Source of the DNA: Octopus sinensis
Lineage: Eukaryota
Direction: 5' to 3'
Assembly (NCBI RefSeq): GCF_006345805.1
Contig: NC_043012.1
Location: forward strand, 27,776,001-27,840,000
DNA: 64,000 nucleotides
Shown here: in pieces, positions 36,071 through 48,899 of the stretch
Layout of the letters: each line of letters starts with the position of its first letter
How positions within the stretch are numbered: position 1 is the stretch's first letter
Notes under the pieces: model-generated
Databases searched by the model: none
What the model was told of the DNA's origin: nothing
What the model saw: only the letters and a program-made list of their open reading frames with translations
Program-made: the position numbers and the translations under genes

Positions 36071-36856
36071 TTTTCTCTCTCTCTTTGATTCCTTTGCCCC
36101 CTTTTTTTCTCTCTCTTCTCCTCTCACGTGACCGCTGGTCAACCAGCCTTTCGGCTTCTGACCACCGCCACGAGAACATCGTTTTCTTCGTCTGCCGAAA
36201 AAGGCATTTTTTTCCAAATACACCAGCTAAGCTAAGTTGAACTGTCTAAAGTCGTAAGATACCCGCTGTTTTTGTCCTGTTATTACTATTATTGTTTTTG
36301 TATTTATATTCGTGTTGCATCGTCCGTTTTTCTGTCCTTGTTTCGTATACATTTGATCCTTTTTCCAAGAAATCTAATGCTCGTAGCTTAGTTTTTCCTT
36401 GGGGCTGGCCGGATCGGAGTGATCTCAAGATTAATCAGCCGAAATTGCGAGGATGATCCGGTTCTTGACTGAAGATGGAAGGCTTCGAATGTCCCGTCCG
36501 TGTTTTTTGTATCGTCTTCTAAATGTTTTGCGTTCTTGTCCCAGTTTGTATTTTTTTACATATACATATATACATAGATAATGGAATTTCAGTGTCATTG
36601 AAATTGTAGTGGCCATTATATACAAATAAATATGATATTTCAGATCCATTGAGAACTCTGTTGTTAATTCTTTTTCCTCTTACGATTGATTCAGATATTC
36701 CATTTTTAATTATGTTTGTACTAAAGCCTTCAAGCAATGTGAAAATTCATTATAAAACATTTGAAGCACATTTTCTTTTTTTATATTAACAAATGTGTTG
36801 ATTTTTTTCTTTGTTTTTATCTGTTATGAAAAAATTATTTTTTACATCTTACATAG

Positions 36857-36925
36857 GCTCCAATGCTGAGTTTTGCAAGATCATTTTTGGACCCAATCTG
36901 GAAGAAAGGAATATAGGCCAAGATG
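36857..36925 (+). CDS. NUP205: NUP205 short exon
   Basis: TAG/GTAAAT, 69 nt, phase 1-1. SSNAEFCKIIFGPNLEERNIGQD vs human SSPTFQHAVCLFTPSLSE. Confidence 0.85.
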
Positions 36926-36966
36926 GTAAATTATCTATTTAGTTTGAGATTTAAAAATTATAAATA

Positions 36967-38196
36967 TTAGGTCATCCCATAAATAATGCGGGCTTTTTAT
37001 ACTTCATTTATTTTTCAAAATTAAGATAAATGACGTTCTTTTTTTATCTAAAATATACTCTCCTTCATTTTCTACAATGCTCTTCCATCTATCTGGTAGA
37101 TTTGCAAGGCTCCTCTTCAAAAATTCACTTGTCCATGACAAAAAATACTCCTCCAGTATTGTTCTGACTTCATCTACAGAATTCATATTTTTTCCGTCCA
37201 AATGATTTTAAAGACTGCAGAATAAATGATAATCAGATGGGGCACCGTCCAGCAAATATGGTGGGTGGGGCATTGTTTCCCATTCAAACTGCTCCAGCCT
37301 TTGGAATATCATCCTCCCTGTATGGTCGTTTTTCTTCTGGTGCTGACTTAAGCTGCTTGCAGTAGATCTCTTTTGTTATTGTTTGGTTTGGGTTTAAAAG
37401 TTCTAAGTGGACTAAACATTTTGTATCCCACCAAACAGACAACAGCACCTTACATGGGTGAAGAACTTCTTTAACCTGGGGTGTCAGTGTTTTTCTTTCC
37501 CTACTCACAGTCTTTGGTGCTTGATATCTTTATAGAGAACCCATTTCTCGTCACCAGTCACTATTCGGCCCAAAAAAGGGTTCATTCATGAGACTTGACA
37601 GCAAAGAAGTGGACACATTCACTCTCTGTGCACAATTAAACTCAGAAATTTTGTGTGGAACCCATTGACCCAATTTGATGACTTTTCCAATGGCGCACAA
37701 GTGTTGATGAATGGTTGAATGACTAAATCCAAGCTTCTCTGCTAGTTCCTCAATGGTTAAGATTAGATTTTGTTCCATCAGGGTTTGCAGGACGTCCTCA
37801 TTGAGCTCTGCAGATCTTCCAGGATAAGGCTTGTCTTCTTGGCTGTAGTTTCCAGCTTGGAATTTCTGGAACCACCTTTGACACTGGCTTACACTTATTG
37901 TCCAACCCTCATATACTGCATTAATATTCCTTGCACTTTCTGTTGCATTGTTCCCTGTATTGAACTCATAAAGCAAAATATACTAAATATGCTCCTTTGT
38001 CACTTCCATTATAGCTTTGAAAAATAACTGTTAAAATCGAACTGCACTCTTCAAAACTTGCACTAAGAATAAGGACAAAGTAAAATTATTACCTGCTTTT
38101 ATAGCAAGTTGATGCATACATTTCATCCCATCTCCCTACGAGTTTTAGTTAATGCAATTGAAAAAAAAACTACATTATTTTTATGGGATGACCCAG
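36967..38196 (-). mobile_element. Full-length (1.23 kb) degenerate mariner
   Basis: TA at both ends. TIRs TTAGGTCATCCCATAAATAATG / CATTATTTTTATGGGATGACCCAG. MLYEF..GNNATESARNI, WVPH, TGDEKW and PSDYHLF motifs. Confidence 0.92.
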
Positions 38197-38494
38197 TATT
38201 CTAAAAACATGTCAAAATAGACAACAGAATGCAGCTATTTTTCCTTTTCACATGAGCTGTATTTTATGTCACTTACACAAATTATAGTTTACAAATTTTA
38301 TAAAAATCGATAGAAATGCAATATTTTCTCCCAATATCTAAATCATTTTTATAATTCCTACTCTGTCAGTTTTTAAGAAACTGTTTTGTATCTGCTGGTA
38401 GATATATGTCACTATTTAAGATAGTGGTTATAGTAAAAATTCACTTAGATAGTTTATAGAAACTGTTCTGAATGTACTCTTACTAGTTTCAACT

Positions 38495-39572
38495 CAGGAG
38501 CTGTGACCACATTAAGTTGGAATTTCTCTATTTTGATGGGGAAATTTTTTTGCACCACAGCCTTGGAAATGATGGGGTGCATGTTTTTATGGGGGAAAAA
38601 ATGCTTGAAAATTTGTGTGCATGTGTTTTATTTTCCTCCAACACACACCCCACCTCCGGACCAATGTTTTTGGCAATACACATTTAGAAGCCATAGGAGA
38701 AATCTTCTCAGAAAAACAAAAAAAATTGTAAATATTTTCAGACAGAAAGGTTTGTGATTTAAGGAAGACTTGGCTGTTGTTTCTAGTGCAACCCATGACC
38801 ACCTTCCTCATTTCTTTGTCATTCTGAAAATGAATTGATGCTTTTCAGTATTTTTTTCCCCGTAAACAGATACTATTTAAAAAAAAGTTTGAAAATATAT
38901 GATTTTTTTTCAACCCCAATTCTCTGCTCGTTGTCCCTCCCCATTTCTGTTTATAATTTTAAAATATTAGGAAAGCCTAAGAAGGATTTATCCTCAGTGA
39001 TTTAAAAAAGAGGCCAGTAAAAGATAATTTATTTTAACGGCATACTTTTCTGTTTGTAAATATGTTTTTTGCTTGGTTAGGCGGGGGTTTCATTGAAATT
39101 ACGAATTGTAAATTCTTTTTGGTGCTTATTTCCCAGCAATGAACCAAATGTGGGTTACTTCTGCATCATCAAACCATAAAATGTTTTTAAAGAAGAAAAA
39201 TATTAAAAATCATCAGTACATGTGAAAGTGACAAAGAAATAAAAAAAGTGGTCGTGCAATGTACAAGAAAAAGCAGCTAAATCTCCCTTAAATTCCACAC
39301 CTTTATATCTGAAAATATTTACAAAATTTTTCTTTCTTTTTTACTGGAAAGGCTTCTAACATGGTTTTTAAGTGTGTAAAGCCAAAAAAAAAAAAAATGG
39401 CCAAAATTGGTCTGGAATGTAATGGTGGTAGATGGGAGGTGAAAAAATCTTTTCAAGCAATTTTTTTTTTCATAAAAAGATGCCCCCGCATCATTTCAAA
39501 GGCCATAGTGAAAAAGGAGTTGGAAATTCCCCGTCAAAACGGAGAAATTCCAATTTACTTTGGCCTCCCCTG
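38495..39572. mobile_element. Fold-back MITE-like DNA element
   Basis: Imperfect ~50-bp terminal inverted repeats (TTGGAATTTCTCTATTTTGATGGGGAA vs TTCCCCGTCAAAACGGAGAAATTCCAA). Inner inverted arms 38749-38823 / 39224-39300. No TSD seen. Confidence 0.6.
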
Positions 39573-39579
39573 ATCTGAA

Positions 39580-39880
39580 ACTCCATCCCAACATCAATAG
39601 TAAAACATATGCAATTGATCCAGAAGCTTCCACCATAGCTGTATGCAAACTGCATAATGGAAGGCACCTGGAATGGACCTAATGTACTGGTATAAAGGGC
39701 TGACATTTTACAGGAAGCCACAAATATATATATTCAGAAGCTTGACATACCAAATTGGCTTGTTATACCAATGACAAATCTTGTAACCAAGAATGAAACC
39801 ACCAAGTTGGATGAAAACTACAGGCCCATTGCTTGTTTAAACATTGTGCAAACTGTACACATGCTGCCTCAACCAATTAA
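39580..39880 (+). mobile_element. Short R4/Dong-like RT fragment
   Basis: PNWL...KNETTKLDENYRPIACLNI motif. Confidence 0.55.
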
Positions 39881-39899
39881 TTAAAACATAAAGGGACAA

Positions 39900-41318
39900 A
39901 ACACAGGACAAAAGTTACAAAGGGTTTTGTCTGTTTGCAAAAAAAAAACGGGTAAAAACTCTAGAGATAACAATTAAAATTCCCAATAGGGGGAGGCGCT
40001 TTGAAAGGTTACTCATGGAAACACCCATAAAAGCCACGGGAGCCTGGTCAAAAGGTGGGTAGAGAGCCCCTTTCTCCTTTTATAATACTTTTTATTTATA
40101 CTACAGGTGTATCCTCAGAATTGGTCCATTTATACTGGCCATTCTTGCGACATTTACCCACCTTTCAGTAAACTTGCTATTAGACAGCACTTCCCTCTCT
40201 ACTCTCACCTTCCTTTTCAAGTGGAACTTGAAAAAGTTGATGAGGCCTTGGCCAAAGAGGAAAGTGTCTGACCTTAACCCTTTCAAACAGGTCCACTATA
40301 CCACCTCTTTCGCTACAGCCACTAGACACAGGTAAATGGGCTTTCTCTCCTTGTTAAAGGAGGTCGGTGGGACAATCCTCACTATGGATTCAGCTGATAG
40401 CTGGATCCGTCCTGTACGCGACAGTAGCTGTTTGACATAAACCCATAGTTCAGCAATACTCGGGCACTGGACGAGTGTGTGCAGAACGGTTTTGTCGTCC
40501 TGGGTGCACCTCGGGCAGGCCTGGCTGACGGCACTTCCGTGCCGGTAGAGTTTATCTCGAACAGGCAGAGCCCCTCAGTAGCACTGCCAGGCAAGGGACT
40601 TTTGGAAATTGTCCATTGGCCCTGGCCCAAAAGTTCTTCCAAACAAACTGTTCAATTCATTATCGTCAATGCCTAGAGTTTCCCCAAGAATGTCGTTGCA
40701 CTTTTCTTCCACTAACCCTCTATAGAACGCTAGAGTGGAACTACAACCGATCACATTGCCTGCTTGGCGGAGGGTGGAGAGAGCTTGACTGCACTCGAAG
40801 TGCCAAGCGCCCTTTCTCGGTCTGCGTTTGATCCAGGTTTGCAGCTCTGTCAAAGAGACGAGACGAGCTGCGGAAAGTCACGTCTGACAAAAGACAACCA
40901 CACCTGTTCACCGTCTAGGAAACACTTGAGATGCCGTGGCCTGAGCGCATGTCTGCGCATCAGTAACCACGGCATGCCAAGGCCTCTGTTCAACAGCCGT
41001 TGACAGCAGATGGATCGCCTGACCAGTGGTACCTGACTCTTCCACAAAAAGTCAAAGAGCAAGCGCACCAGCTTGGCCAACCAGCGGTTGGGACAAGGGA
41101 CGACGGTCAAGCGGTAATAGATGACGGATGCGATGTACGTATTCGCCACCTCCGCTCGACCTTTCAGGGACAGCTTCCTCTTGGCCCATTTCTGGGTGAG
41201 ATTGGCCACCCTGCTCGTCACCTCTTCCCAGTTTGTATCCACCTGGAGGTCCGGACCGAACCAAACCCCGAGCAGTTTAACAGGTCCGTCTGTCCAGAGC
41301 CCTGGAATGCTCCTCCCA
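39900..41318 (-). mobile_element. 5'-truncated Tx1/L1-clade LINE
   Basis: VKLLGVWFG, WAKRKLSLKGRAEVAN, LFDFLWK, GLGMP, plus a downstream CCHC-like remnant. Confidence 0.88.
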
Positions 41319-41404
41319 TGTGACAAGTGGTATGTGCTCACCATTACAAATATTTTGATGTCGAGAAGTCGAGGTAGTCGGTCATAGATAGTCATGTCTT
41401 GTCT

Positions 41405-44400
41405 AACTAACTATACTGCTATACTGGAGTGGATGTTATAACAGTGTGATGTTAAATTACAGCAGTGGCGACAAGGAGTTACGAAACGCAAAAAAGTTTT
41501 TGTGTGAATTTTACAGAATACAAAAAGCATAAAATTATGGAAGATTTGTTAGCTGGTTTGCTCAACTTGCAAAACAGCAACAACAGTTGCAGCTGTAAGA
41601 ACAACAACAATTAATATTACAACAATAAATGCTGCAATTAATGAATAGTAAGTCGTCAGGGAATGCTGAAAAAATGTTCTCAGCAGATTATGTTGCAAAC
41701 TCAATAATGAAATTTAAGTATTAACCTTTGAGCCATACTTCAGAAGATACAACAGATCTTCAATAAAGAGTTCAGAGATTGGGACGACGATATGAAGATG
41801 CATCTAATCCTAAGAACCCTGGCAGCAGAAGAACCTGAGCATTACAGCAATTACATACTCCCCAAAGAACCTGACATAAACTTTAGAAATACAATAGACA
41901 TATTGTCTAAAATTTTTAGCAAGAAAAGCTCATTGTTCAATACACACTGTTAATGTTTGAACCTAGAAAAAGCAATGAGAACTCCATCATTTATGCTGAT
42001 AGAGTTAACAGAGAATGTGAAAAGTTCAAACTGGACAAATAAATGCCAGATATGTTTAACTGCAGAAAAAGAAGAAGTAAGAACGAGAATTCTCACTAAG
42101 CTGGAACAAAACCAAGCTGTAACCTTAAAAGTGTGAAAGAATAGTAAATTTAAGACATGACACAGAGAAAATTGAACATAAAATTTGCTCCCAAGTGAAA
42201 CAAGTGCAAAATAGGCAGAACAGACATCAAATATGTGCTAAAATATAGTACAAACAGGACAGAATCAGGAAACAAACCCATATTTTGCGTGTGGAGGTCT
42301 ACACCTGAGGAAAACTGCCCATTTAAGAAAGCAGAATGTTTCCGTTGTGGAAAAAATGACATGTAAAAGCGCACTGTGACACCAAGATGACAAAACATTG
42401 GAACAATGAAAAAAGAATAAACAAGATGTCATTGAAATAAAATGGTAATGTGACAAAGAGGAAATTCGTAAATGTAAAAATTGCACATATAAGAGTAAAA
42501 AGAAAATTGAAAATATAAGAGTAAAAGACACAGGAAGGGATATTACCATTATGAATGGAGAAACTTGGAAGTATGTTGGTAAGCCAAAATGAAGTAAATC
42601 TACAAAAGTAACACATGTATTTTGTAGGTGAATTTGTGTGTAATGTGACATTTCGTGACCAAATGAAAACGGCAAAAGCATATGTGCTGAAAAATTCAGT
42701 TAATCTATTTGGCACAGAGTGGATGGAACTGTTCAAATTGTAGAATACACCCATAAGTGTTTTGTGTGGAAATATAATCAGTTCAGTCGAAGGTTTGAAT
42801 GCAGCTATGGGATTGAAACAGAAAATAAAACATTTATTTCCAGATGTTTTCTCAGATGAACTGGGATGCTGCACAAAAACGAAGGCAAAAATTGTAGTAA
42901 AACAAAGTGCAACACCTGTATATAAGCGAAAACCTAATGTACCGTTCATGGCTTTGGAGCAGGTAAATAAGGGACTTGAAAGCCTAGGAATAATCAAGAA
43001 GATGGATCACTCAGATTGGGTCTATTTAAAAAAGAAAAATAAGTTAAGGGTTTGTGCAGATTTTTCCACAGGGTTGAATGATTGCTTAATCTCACATAAC
43101 TACTCAATGCCAAGTCCTGAGGAAGTGTTCGTAAAATTGAAGGGAGGAAAATTCTTCTGAAAATTAGACCTCTCAGAGGCATATTTACAAATCTGAGTAG
43201 AAGAAGAATGCTCACACTTATTACCCATTAATACACACTGTGGCTTATTTAAATTTAAGTGGCTTCCCTTTGGTATTAAAGTGGCCCCTTCCATGTTTCA
43301 GTAAGAAATGGATACAATGCTGGCAGACAGTGATTTTGCTTTCGCCTATTTAGACTATATCCTAATAAAAAGTGAATCATATGAACAACCTGCAGAACAT
43401 GTAAAAAGGGTATTCGAACAGATAAAAGAATACAGTTTTAAGTTAAGTGAAGAAAAATACAAGTTCTGAAAAAAATAAAAACTTGGGTTGGATAAAAAAT
43501 AAAAATGGACGGAAACCGGATCCATCCAGAGCAATTGCGATAAAAAATATGCCTACACTGAATAATGTGAGTATGCTACAAGTCAGTTCAGGATCCCACT
43601 CAATGATTTGTTAAAGAAAAATGCAAAATGGTGCTGCACTGATAAGGCATTTGAAATTAAGAAACATTTTAAAATCAAACTTATCAATCACGCATTTTGT
43701 TCTGAAGCTGGATATGATATCGATTACAGTGTAGAAGCAATGCTTCTGCAGAAATATGACAATGGGAGTAAAAAGCTATAGGCTATGCATCACAATTGTT
43801 ATTACCAACAGAAAGGAACTATAGTCAGATAGAAAAAGAAGCGTTAGCAATGAAATACGGTATGAAAAATTTTGATAGATTTATTACATGGGCGAAGGTT
43901 CTGTCTACAAACAAATCATCGCCCACTACTGAAAATATACAGTTCTAAAAAAGGAATACCAACACACACAGCGAATAAACTACAGCAGTGGGGCACTAGA
44001 TTATTGAATTACAATTACAAAATGGGAATATTTACTGTCAAAGAGATGAGGGCATGCTGATGGTTTGTCCAGACTGTTACTGAAACATTGTGAGCCATTT
44101 GAAGATATGGTAATCGCAGCTTTAAGATCAGGAGGAAGAATAAAAAATATAATGTGGAGTGTGATACGAGAATTGCTGGTGGCCCTCGAAGACATAAAAC
44201 AAAATGCGAAAAAAAGGACAAATTTGTAACAGAAATGGTAAGAATACTGTGGACAAGAAAATTAAATAGGAACAGAATTGGTGCAAAGCGAAACCAAGAT
44301 GTGAACCTATACTCAATCTGTGATGGCATGCTGATGTGTGCACAGAGAGTAGTGATACCTGAAACACTGCAAAAGAAAGTGTTGAGGGAATTCCATGTTG

Positions 44401-45610
44401 GGCACACTGGTATTTCGAGGATGAAAGCTTTAATGCATAGCTATGTGTACTGGCCAAAAATGGATAGAAAAATTGAAAGTTTAGTGAAAGGCTGCAGAAG
44501 TTGTGCTCTGGCAGCAAAATTACCAATGATAAAAAATGAAACTTAGCCAAAAGTAGATGTCCCGTGGTCAAAACTACACATTGATTTCACTGATCCCTTA
44601 AATGGTTCACGCTACTTAGTGGTAGTAGATAGTTTCTTTAAATGGTCAGAAATTTGTAAGTGTAAAAAACCAACCTCTTCAACTATAACAAACTTTCTAG
44701 CTGTTTGCAAGATTTGGCATCCCAGACATGATAGTCTCTGACAATGGGACACAATTTGTGTTTTGAGTTTAAAATTTTTGTAAAACGTTTGCTATAGAAC
44801 ATGTAACTATGGTGCCATACTGTCCCAGATCTAACGGACAAGTGAACGCTTTGTCAATACGTTCAAGAGATCCCTGAGAAAGTCAAATAAGGCTGTCACA
44901 GATGAGGTAGTTCTACAACAATTTTTAAGAGTATACTGTGTGACACCAAATCCAAGTACACCAGTAGGTATGTCACCAGCAGAGCTAATGTTTGGATGAA
45001 AAATAAAATTAGTCTTCGACTAATTATTAGCTGGCAAGAAAAGAAAAATTCCAATGGATAATACAGAAAGCTATTTTAAAATTGGTGAAAATGTATTTGT
45101 TAGGGCATATAAGAATGAAAAACAAAGTTGGGAAGATGGCATGATAACCAAATGCATAGGAAAAATGCTATACTTGGTAAAAGGAAAAAAATGGGTGTAC
45201 AAGAGACACCTGAATCAACTTAAAAGAAGATTCATTGAGAGTGAACCCAAGAGAATGGAAGAAATAATGGAATGGTTATATGATACTTTACATGTACCAA
45301 CACTGCTACAAATAATTGAACCCAGACACACAAGTGAAAGAAAAAGAAAATGTATGGATTTCCTGGAAGTGAATGCCAAATGAAATAAATACTAAATTTG
45401 TTACTGTATATAAAAAAAAAAAAAACCCTCAAAAAAGGGAGGTGGGATTATGTAAAAATTATTGTTAATATAAAGAAATAAAATTACACTCCCTAAGAAA
45501 AAGAACTTAAAAGGTAAGATATTATGGGGATAAACTAACTATACTGCTATATTGGAGTGGACATTATAACAGTCTTCTTTATATGAATTACAACAGTCTT
45601 CTTTACATGT
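41405..45610 (+). mobile_element. Degenerate Ty3/Gypsy LTR retrotransposon
   Basis: LTR remnants AACTAACTATACTGCTATA.TGGAGTGGA at 41405 and 45533. PBS-like TGGCGAC at 41467. Gag Zn knuckles, RT LRVCADFSTGLN / AYLDYILI, integrase HVGHTGISRMK..YWP..CRSC. Confidence 0.9.
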
Positions 45611-47353
45611 ACAACAACATGTGAATTACTTGCATATTTAGAGTTTGTTTCAGAAGTATCACTAATATCCTTGTTCATTCACTTAGCTGTCTCAGATAGG
45701 TCACACACAAACTATATTTCTGCCCAGGAAGCGAAGCATAGAACTAGTAGACCTTGAAACAGCAGTGTTAGGTGTATGTTCATTAAAACAATGTCAGTGG
45801 AGGAGCCTTGATTAAGAAGAGAATAATAATAAGATATTTCACGGATTTGTGATTAAGAAAAGGCTCAAGAATGTTTCTAGTATTTTTACAAAGTCTAACC
45901 GATGCAAACAGTTTGAAGTGGCATTTAGGCCACTTGGAATGTGCATTGTAAACATATTAAGTCATTGAGGTCGCTGACTTTAAAAAGTGGTCATGAAAGC
46001 TAATAAAATCATTGGTGGTGGTTAATGAATGAAGGGGAGAGAGGAGAGGAATTTCAAATAAATAGGAAAGCAACTTTCAGCAAGACCAACTGATATTCTT
46101 TATTGCTTATTTCCATGTGAGGAAACGGAGTAAATCTCTCTAAATAAAAACACTGTCTTTCAGCAACATGCTGGAGTGTAATGTGTAACTTAGTTACACA
46201 TTACACAAATGGACTGAGATTTGAGTTATGTAGTATGTATGTGAATGGAAGGTGATGTAGGTAGACATGCCTGGTATAGTGGAGGAAGAATAGTCTAATG
46301 GCTTCTTATTCATCTTTTCATGCATTTTGTAATAGGTGAAAGATAAGATAGTTAAAAGAGAAGAAATCATGGTTCATGTTTTGCTGTTAGCAATTTCATT
46401 GGTCATTTCTGTTCATATCCCTATGAATGGATCTCTCAAAAACCTGTGCTTGCTTAAGTAGGGAAGAAAAAGATGGGGGATTATGTGCCAGCTGAAGTTA
46501 GTTTGAACGCTAGCAACGTGGAAACTGCAAAAATCACCTCAAATCTGGGAGATGGTTTTAAACAAGGAGGTCTGTTCCATAAATAGCCCCCAGAAACAGT
46601 GACTTTACCTTGACATCAGAAAGCTTTCTTTAAGTGGGAAATGGCTTGATTCATGTAACTGCACAAGAAGCATGATAACACTCACAAACAGAATTCAAAA
46701 CAAACAAAAATTGAAATAAGAAAAGTGAAGAGCTGAGTAAAAAAAGCAAACCACAAGTAACTGAAACCCTCACTAGATTCCCAACCACACAATTCTAATT
46801 CACAAAGTGTTGTTGTTTTGGACTGTAAAATGGAAAACCTCGTTGTGTTTTGTGGTTTCAGTGAAGTTTTTTGAATTTGCTTTACTTGCTTTGATTTTTT
46901 AGCATCATGGCAAGTATCTCTGAAGTGATGAGTTAGAATTCAGTTATATGATTTATTAATGATTTACTTTGAGAAAGAGAGATTGGGCTAGAGAAATAAC
47001 CAAAGAAGAAAATGAAATTTGATCTTGCGGAACCAAAACAAACTGAATAGGTGAGTGAGGGTAAAAGCTCGGAGGAACATGAAAGTCAAAGCAAAAGAAT
47101 ATTTAAGAAAGGATTTAATTATTAATGTTGCAGAAATTATTAAAACAAAGGAATTAAATGTCTTTACGTGTCACATCTTTTGATTTCGTAAAAACTTTTT
47201 TAGAGGAATTTCAATTTTATTTCCTAATAAAAATACACTCAATTCAAAAACAACAAAAATCCCAAAACTGCTATATTGCACTTTAGAAAGATACTGTATG
47301 AGAGACATATTTAGCAGAACAAAGTAAAACATTAAATTGGTTTAATTTTTCAG

Positions 47354-47523
47354 ATACATCCTTCTCTCGTACCTATGCTGCTGGTCATCCACCCAACCTT
47401 ACCATTGTTGTGCAGCATCTGAAGCAATGTAGCAGTCAGTTTATGTCAGTATTTGATAGCTACCAACAGCTGAAGAGGAAACTGGCCAGTGTTACTGACT
47501 TGACAGCAGATGACCTGAAAGAA
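47354..47523 (+). CDS. NUP205: NUP205 exon (last one found; gene continues beyond window)
   Basis: CAG/GTAAGA. PNLTIVVQHLKQCSSQFMSVFDSYQQLKRKLASVTDLTADDLKE vs human PGLGIIIYLLKQSANDFFSYYDSHRQSVSKLQNVEQLPPDEIKE. Confidence 0.93.
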
Positions 47524-48238
47524 GTAAGATTTTAATGTTATGATCCTGTGTGAAAAAGGAAAATTGTTCACCATTATAGAGATGTAATAAGAGCACTAGA
47601 CACTTATTGGCTAAAGCATGAACATTTTAAAGTCATGATAGAGTTCTGGATTAATGTTATTTCGTTAAGTTCTATTGCATCTTTTTGAATATCTGTATAA
47701 GTGGCAGAGAGAGAGAGAGAGAGAGATAAAGATGTTTGGGTAAGAAATAAATAGAGACTTTCTGTTATCTGCTCCAAGGTTTACATGTTTGATTTCACAG
47801 CTTTCGTCCCCTCTAATGTATTCTGCAAAAGCACTCTATATTACTTACTGAATTTTAATATTCTATTAACTGTATCATAACTGACAGGTAATTTTGCCAT
47901 TAATAGAGGAATGTATGTTTTGGTTATCAATAATTTGTCATTTTCTTATTTCAATCCTATGTCTATCAGTGGCTTATGGTGGTTGTTATCATTGGGTTTG
48001 CTGCCACACTGACCATATTAAGGCTAACATTAGTATTACTCAAATTAAGCATACAAACTGTGTATTTCTATCCAAAATGTAAATAACGTAAACTTAATTC
48101 ATTTGGATACAGATAATTGGCACTAAAGTAAAATGAATTAATAATACTCTATAAATTGCAAGCGTTATAAAATAAACCATAATTTTCTTATACGCACACA
48201 CTGTAAAATAAGAAACCATGTAATTTTAGTTGCTTAAA

Positions 48239-48420
48239 TTACTTACATGTAAGTTCTATTCTTCTTTGTGATGTAAAATGTTGGATAACCTCATTGTACA
48301 ATGAACCACTTTGCTTGAGCTGCATTAGTACTATTTTTTTAATTGAAAATAAACCAAGGCCACTTTCTGCTGAAGCTGTGTACGAACAACTTTTTGTGTT
48401 GTTATGCACAACTTTTTGCC
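48239..48420 (-). mobile_element. Possible hAT transposase C-terminal remnant
   Basis: TASAES..LGLFSI..LYNEVIQHFTSQRRIEL resembles the end of the hAT dimerisation domain. Confidence 0.4.
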
Positions 48421-48899
48421 ATGAAAATGAACATGCAACCATGCTCTCAAAACTGTTACACACCCTTCACATTAATTTTTGGCCATTCTCCCATTATCCT
48501 ATGCTATTCCTGGTATCATATTATGATACAATGCACTGTGAGGTGTGCAGTGTTATTTCAGGACACCCGCCACCAAATTTCAAGCTGAGGTATAACAAAA
48601 ATTTTCCATTATGATTTGTGATTAAATCAATGAGTAAGGTTAATATTTATAATGAATTTGCCATTTTCAATTGATGTACAGTGCACACCTAGCACACCCA
48701 GAACATATGCCCCTGATGTATAAATTTCTCAAGCTGATGTAGTTAATGCTGGCTAAAAATTTTTGATAGTTGCTGTTGGGGTCAGTTTGCACGGGCATTA
48801 ATGGTTGGTGGTTGGTACCCCAGTCCTTGGTTGTAGAGCAACCAGTGTAAAGGTGGTATGTCTGGATTGTCCACAACCAGTAGTTTGAAGTTCACCAGG

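Noticed and set aside
36460-36505. Hammerhead-like CTGAAGA...GAAT motif in a CpG-rich unclassified segment (36120-36545)
   Set aside because: GAAA is absent and stems I and III could not be built.
42150-44571. Hydrophobic minus-strand ORFs resembling membrane proteins
   Set aside because: Antisense shadows of the A-rich Gypsy gag-pol relic.
1-47523. Non-canonical or U12 introns in NUP205
   Set aside because: All inferred junctions are GT-AG and none has the U12 donor RTATCCTT.
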